Below the pieces are notes generated by a model. The model saw only the letters and a list, made by a program, of their open reading frames with translations. It did not search any database and was not told where the DNA came from. Positions 58,693 to 64,000 of a stretch of DNA of 64,000 nt are shown piece after piece. The position numbers were made by a program, and so were the translations under genes. Within the stretch, counting starts at the first letter, position 1; each line of letters opens with the position of its first letter. This DNA is from Eledone cirrhosa. Lineage: Eukaryota. The stretch is from assembly GCA_964016885.1 (NCBI GenBank), contig OZ024749.1, positions 36,704,001 through 36,768,000 on the forward strand, given 5' to 3'.

Positions 58693-60612
58693 CATAGATA
58701 TGGGCATACACCGACATGTTTGGGTACATACACACACACACATAGATATGGGCATACACCGACATGTTTGGGTACATACACACACACACATAGATATGGG
58801 CATACACCGACATGTTTGGGTACATACACACACACACATAGATATGGGCATACACCGACATGTTTGGGTACATACACACACACACATAGATATGGGCATA
58901 CACCGACATGTTTGGGTACATACACACACACACATAGATATGGGCATACACCGACATGTTTGGGTACATACACACACACACATAGATATGGACATACACC
59001 GACATGTTTGGGTACATACACACACACACATAGATATGGGCATACACCGACATGTTTGGGTACATACACACACACACATAGATATGGACATACACCGACA
59101 TGTTTGGGTACATACACACACACACATAGATATGGACATACACCGACATGTTTGGGTACATACACACACACACATAGATATGGACATACACCGACATGTT
59201 TGGGTACATACACACACACACATAGATATGGACATACACCGACATGTTTGGTTACATACACACACACACATAGATATGGGCATACACCGACATGTTTGGG
59301 TACATACACACACACACATAGATATGGGCATACACCGACATGTTTGGGTACATACACACACACACATAGATATGGGCATACACCGACATGTTTGGGTACA
59401 TACACACACACACATAGATATGGGCATACACCGACATGTTTGGGTACATACACACACACACATAGATATGGGCATACACCGACATGTTTGGGTACATACA
59501 CACACACACATAGATATGGGCATACACCGACATGTTTGGGTACATACACACACACACATAGATATGGGCATACACCGACATGTTTGGGTACATACACACA
59601 CACACATAGATATGGGCATACACCGACATGTTTGGGTACATACACACACACACATAGATATGGGCATACACCGACATGTTTGGGTACATACACACACACA
59701 CATAGATATGGGCATACACCGACATGTTTGGGTACATACACACACACACATAGATATGGGCATACACCGACATGTTTGGGTACATACACACACACACATA
59801 GATATGGGCATACACCGACATGTTTGGGTACATACACACACACACATAGATATGGACATACACCGACATGTTTGGGTACATACACACACACACATAGATA
59901 TGGGCATACACCGACATGTTTGGGTACATACACACACACACATAGATATGGGCATACACCGACATGTTTGGGTACATACACACACACACATAGATATGGA
60001 CATACACCGACATGTTTGGGTACATACACACACACACATAGATATGGACATACACCGACATGTTTGGGTACATACACACACACACATAGATATGGGCATA
60101 CACCGACATGTTTGGGTACATACACACACACACATAGATATGGGCATACACCGACATGTTTGGGTACATACACACACACACATAGATATGGGCATACACC
60201 GACATGTTTGGGTACATACACACACACACATAGATATGGGCATACACCGACATGTTTGGGTACATACACACACACACATAGATATGGGCATACACCGACA
60301 TGTTTGGGTACATACACACACACACATAGATATGGGCATACACCGACATGTTTGGGTACATACACACACACACATAGATATGGACATACACCGACATGTT
60401 TGGGTACATACACACACACACATAGATATGGACATACACCGACATGTTTGGGTACATACACACACACACATAGATATGGACATACACCGACATGTTTGGG
60501 TACATACACACACACACATAGATATGGGCATACACCGACATGTTTGGGTACATACACACACACACATAGATATGGACATACACCGACATGTTTGGGTACA
60601 TACACACACATA
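58693..60612. repeat. 48-bp minisatellite, ~40 copies
   Basis: Unit catagatatggRcatacaccgacatgtttgggtacatacacacacaca. Confidence 0.97.
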
Positions 60613-60897
60613 CACATGCTGCTTTTTCATATATTTTTGTGGAAAATAACATGAGTATATTCTTCAGTATATAATATAATATAATATAAACTATAATATA
60701 AACTATAATATAAACTCTAATAAAGGAAGGTCTGCGGGACTGCGTACGGTTTATTTTTTTTTTACCCCGTTAGTAAAATAAGTTGGATTACTTTGAATAA
60801 ATAATGAATGAATATTACATAATTTATCTACTAATTTCGTAAACAAAAATAATTTCGTAAAAATAAATAATTTAAAATTGACTTCTTTTCAAAGTTG

Positions 60898-60982
60898 CAC
60901 TTCCGGTATATCGTTGACACCACCACCACTTCAACTACCATATATATAGAAAGAGAGAGTTTGTGATGTCAACACTTCCGGT
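60898..60982. promoter_or_regulatory. Pair of ETS-type motifs CACTTCCGGT (possible promoter)
   Basis: Identical 10-mers at 60898-60907 and 60973-60982 in unique, CpG-containing sequence. Confidence 0.4.
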
Positions 60983-61239
60983 GGCGATCACTTAAATAAA
61001 CATACTAATTTTCTCCTAATGCACTTTATATATAATATCGTCTTTTTTTAATGTATCATGGATTACATTACTGATTACATAAGACAATGTAACAACGTCT
61101 TCGTTCAATTTCTGTTTATATTGTCAATTACGATTTTATTTGATGTATCATATCTACATGTATATATACTTGCGTATAATATTAATATACACACTACACA
61201 TGCTAGTATATATATATATATATATATACATATATCCAT

Positions 61240-61375
<136 letters not shown>

Positions 61376-61377
61376 TG

Positions 61378-61820
61378 TGAAGGCACATGGCTTAGTGATT
61401 AGAGTATTGGCCTTGCAATCGAAAGGTTGTGAGTTCAATTCTCGGACCGGGTGATGAGTTGTTTCCTTGAGCAAGACAATTTATTTCACATTGCTCCAGT
61501 TTACTCAGCTGTAGAAATGAGATGATAGGACTGGGGTCCCTATCATTCCACATCAAAGTGGTCGTGGAGGTGCCACGGCAAAAAAGCACCCAGCCCACAT
61601 TGTAAAGTGGACGTGTAGGCGCCACGGTAAAAAAGCACCTAGCACTCAATGTAAATGAGGTTGGTGTTAGGAAGGGCATCCAGCTGTAGAAATCAAACCA
61701 GAATCAGTTCCCGTATGAGCAAGACAAGGTCAGCCGACTGGACACTGCCCACAACAGGAAAAGCTGTCTAACCCATGCTAGCTTGGAAGAATGGACGTAA
61801 AACGGTGATGATGATGATGG
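61378..61820 (+). mobile_element. SINE family 2, long-tail variant
   Basis: Same head and centre as 38437; longer RTE-type tail ending (GAT)n. Confidence 0.85.
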
Positions 61821-62942
61821 TGTGTAACCCAGTTTTGGGATTTGATACACTGTATTCTGATGCATTGTAAGACAGGACTAAAAGGGTTTGTGTCAGGAAG
61901 GGCATCTCACTGGAAAATACTGCCTCAAAATGTCCCAATCAACCCATGCCAGCATGGAAAGAGTGGACATATAAATGATGATACAACAATATAGACATGT
62001 AAATAGATAGATATAGATATAGAGAGAAGAGAATGTGTGTGTGTGTGTCTGTGAGTATGTTTATAGATATGTATGTCAGTATGTGAGTGTGTGTATCATC
62101 ATCATCATCGTTTAATGTCTATCTTCCACGCTAGCATGGGTTTAGACGGGAATTGTCCCACTTGAGGCAAGACTGGTCGGGTGACCATGTCTCGCTTGTA
62201 TATATATATGTGTCCATGTATGTGTGTGTATATATGTGTCCATGTATGTGTGTGTCCATGTATGTGTGTGTATATATGTGACCATATGCATATGTGTGTA
62301 TATATGTGTGCCGGTGTGTGTGTGAGTGTGTGTGTATGTCTCCCAATGGATTTTGAAAAATGTCTCAATTACTATTGCTACAAAATTCTTCATTTTCTTT
62401 GTTCATTTAATTATTTTTAATTTGGTATCTATTGATTTCTTAGAGAAATATTCTAGTGTCAGTTACTAACCATTTTCTTTAAGAAATATTCCAGTCTCAG
62501 TTACAAACCATTTCTCCTACAATTCTCAATATTTGTTCTAACAAATCATATTTATTAGTGAATTAACCTTTTTGATACCAACCCAACCAAAACCACCTTT
62601 GGTTCTATGAAACAACAACAACAAAAAAACAAAACAAAAAAAAAAACAGCTTATTTTAAAAGGTTCCTATTTTAATAATTAAAATCTTCCAGTATAATTT
62701 GTTATAAGAACCATATGTTAAGTTAATATTTTAATATGAAATATTGAACAATTTTAGTAAACCCCTTAAAATCCTTCATAAATTCTTTTGATACCTACCC
62801 AGCCCAAACCAGTTCTGGTTCTATGAAACAAAAGTAGCTAATTTTAAGGGGTTCCTGTTTTAATTAAAATTTTCAACAAAATTTTGATATAAGAACCATA
62901 TGTTAAAGTATTATCTTAATAATGAAATAATTAATAATGTCA

Positions 62943-62983
62943 ATATATATATATATATATATTAATATGTATATATATATATA

Positions 62984-63020
<37 letters not shown>

Positions 63021-63458
63021 ATATATATATATATAGTAATATATATATATATATATATAGTAATATATATATATATATAGTAATATATATATATATATAT
63101 AGTTATATATATATATATATAGTTATATATATATATATATAGTTATATATATATATATAGTTATATATATATATATATATATATATAGTAATATATATAT
63201 ATATATAGTTATATATATATATATATAGTTATATATATATATATATAGTTATATATATATATATATATAGTTATATATATATATATATATATAGTTATAT
63301 ATATATATATATATAGTTATATATATATATATATAGTTATATATATATATATATAGTTATATATATATATATATATATAGTTATATATATATATATATAT
63401 ATAGTTATATATATATATATATATATAGTTTATATTATATATATATATATATATATAG

Positions 63459-63516
<58 letters not shown>

Positions 63517-64000
63517 GTTATATATATATATATATAGTTATATATATATATATATAGTTTATATATATATATATATAGTAATATATATATATATAGTAAT
63601 ATATATATATATATATAGTAATATATATATATATATATAGTAATATATATATATATATATTAGTAATATATATATATATATATATATAGTAATATATATA
63701 TATATATATATATAGTAATATATATATATATATATATATATAGTAATATATATATATATATATATAGTAATATATATATATATATATATAGTAATATATA
63801 TATATATAGTAATATATATATATATATATATATAGTAATATATATATATATATATATATATAGTAATATATATATATATATATATATATAGTAATATATA
63901 TATATATATATATATATAGTAATATATATATATATAGTAATATATATATATATAGTAATATATATATATATATATAGTAATATATATATATATATAGTAA
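62943..64000. repeat. (TA)n tract punctuated by GTA/GTT
   Basis: Seen directly. Confidence 0.95.

Noticed and set aside
58537-60654. ORFs of up to 697 aa open in several frames
   Set aside because: Consequence of a 48-bp tandem unit lacking stops.

Overview
Repeat-dominated, AT-rich eukaryotic (metazoan) DNA. The SINE/LINE repertoire and very long (TA)n tracts resemble a coleoid cephalopod (Octopus-like) genome; this is inference. There is no complete protein-coding gene: only one convincing 5' coding exon (4563-4648, GTAAGT donor), and nearly all listed ORFs are microsatellite or minisatellite artefacts. Contents: tRNA-head SINEs (several with target-site duplications); 3' fragments of RTE-, CR1- and CRE-type LINEs; a Tc1/mariner relic; a piggyBac-like MITE; and minisatellites that grew out of SINE/LINE sequence. 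The main hidden signal is about 15 type I hammerhead ribozyme motifs (CUGANGA...GAAA...UH with recognisable stems). They belong to several short, non-coding, Penelope-like element families inserted in (TA)n tracts, often as fold-back palindromes with a ribozyme on each strand. A twice-present ~610 bp RTE deletion derivative has a possible HDV-like 5' structure. Structures were read by eye; repeat boundaries are approximate.
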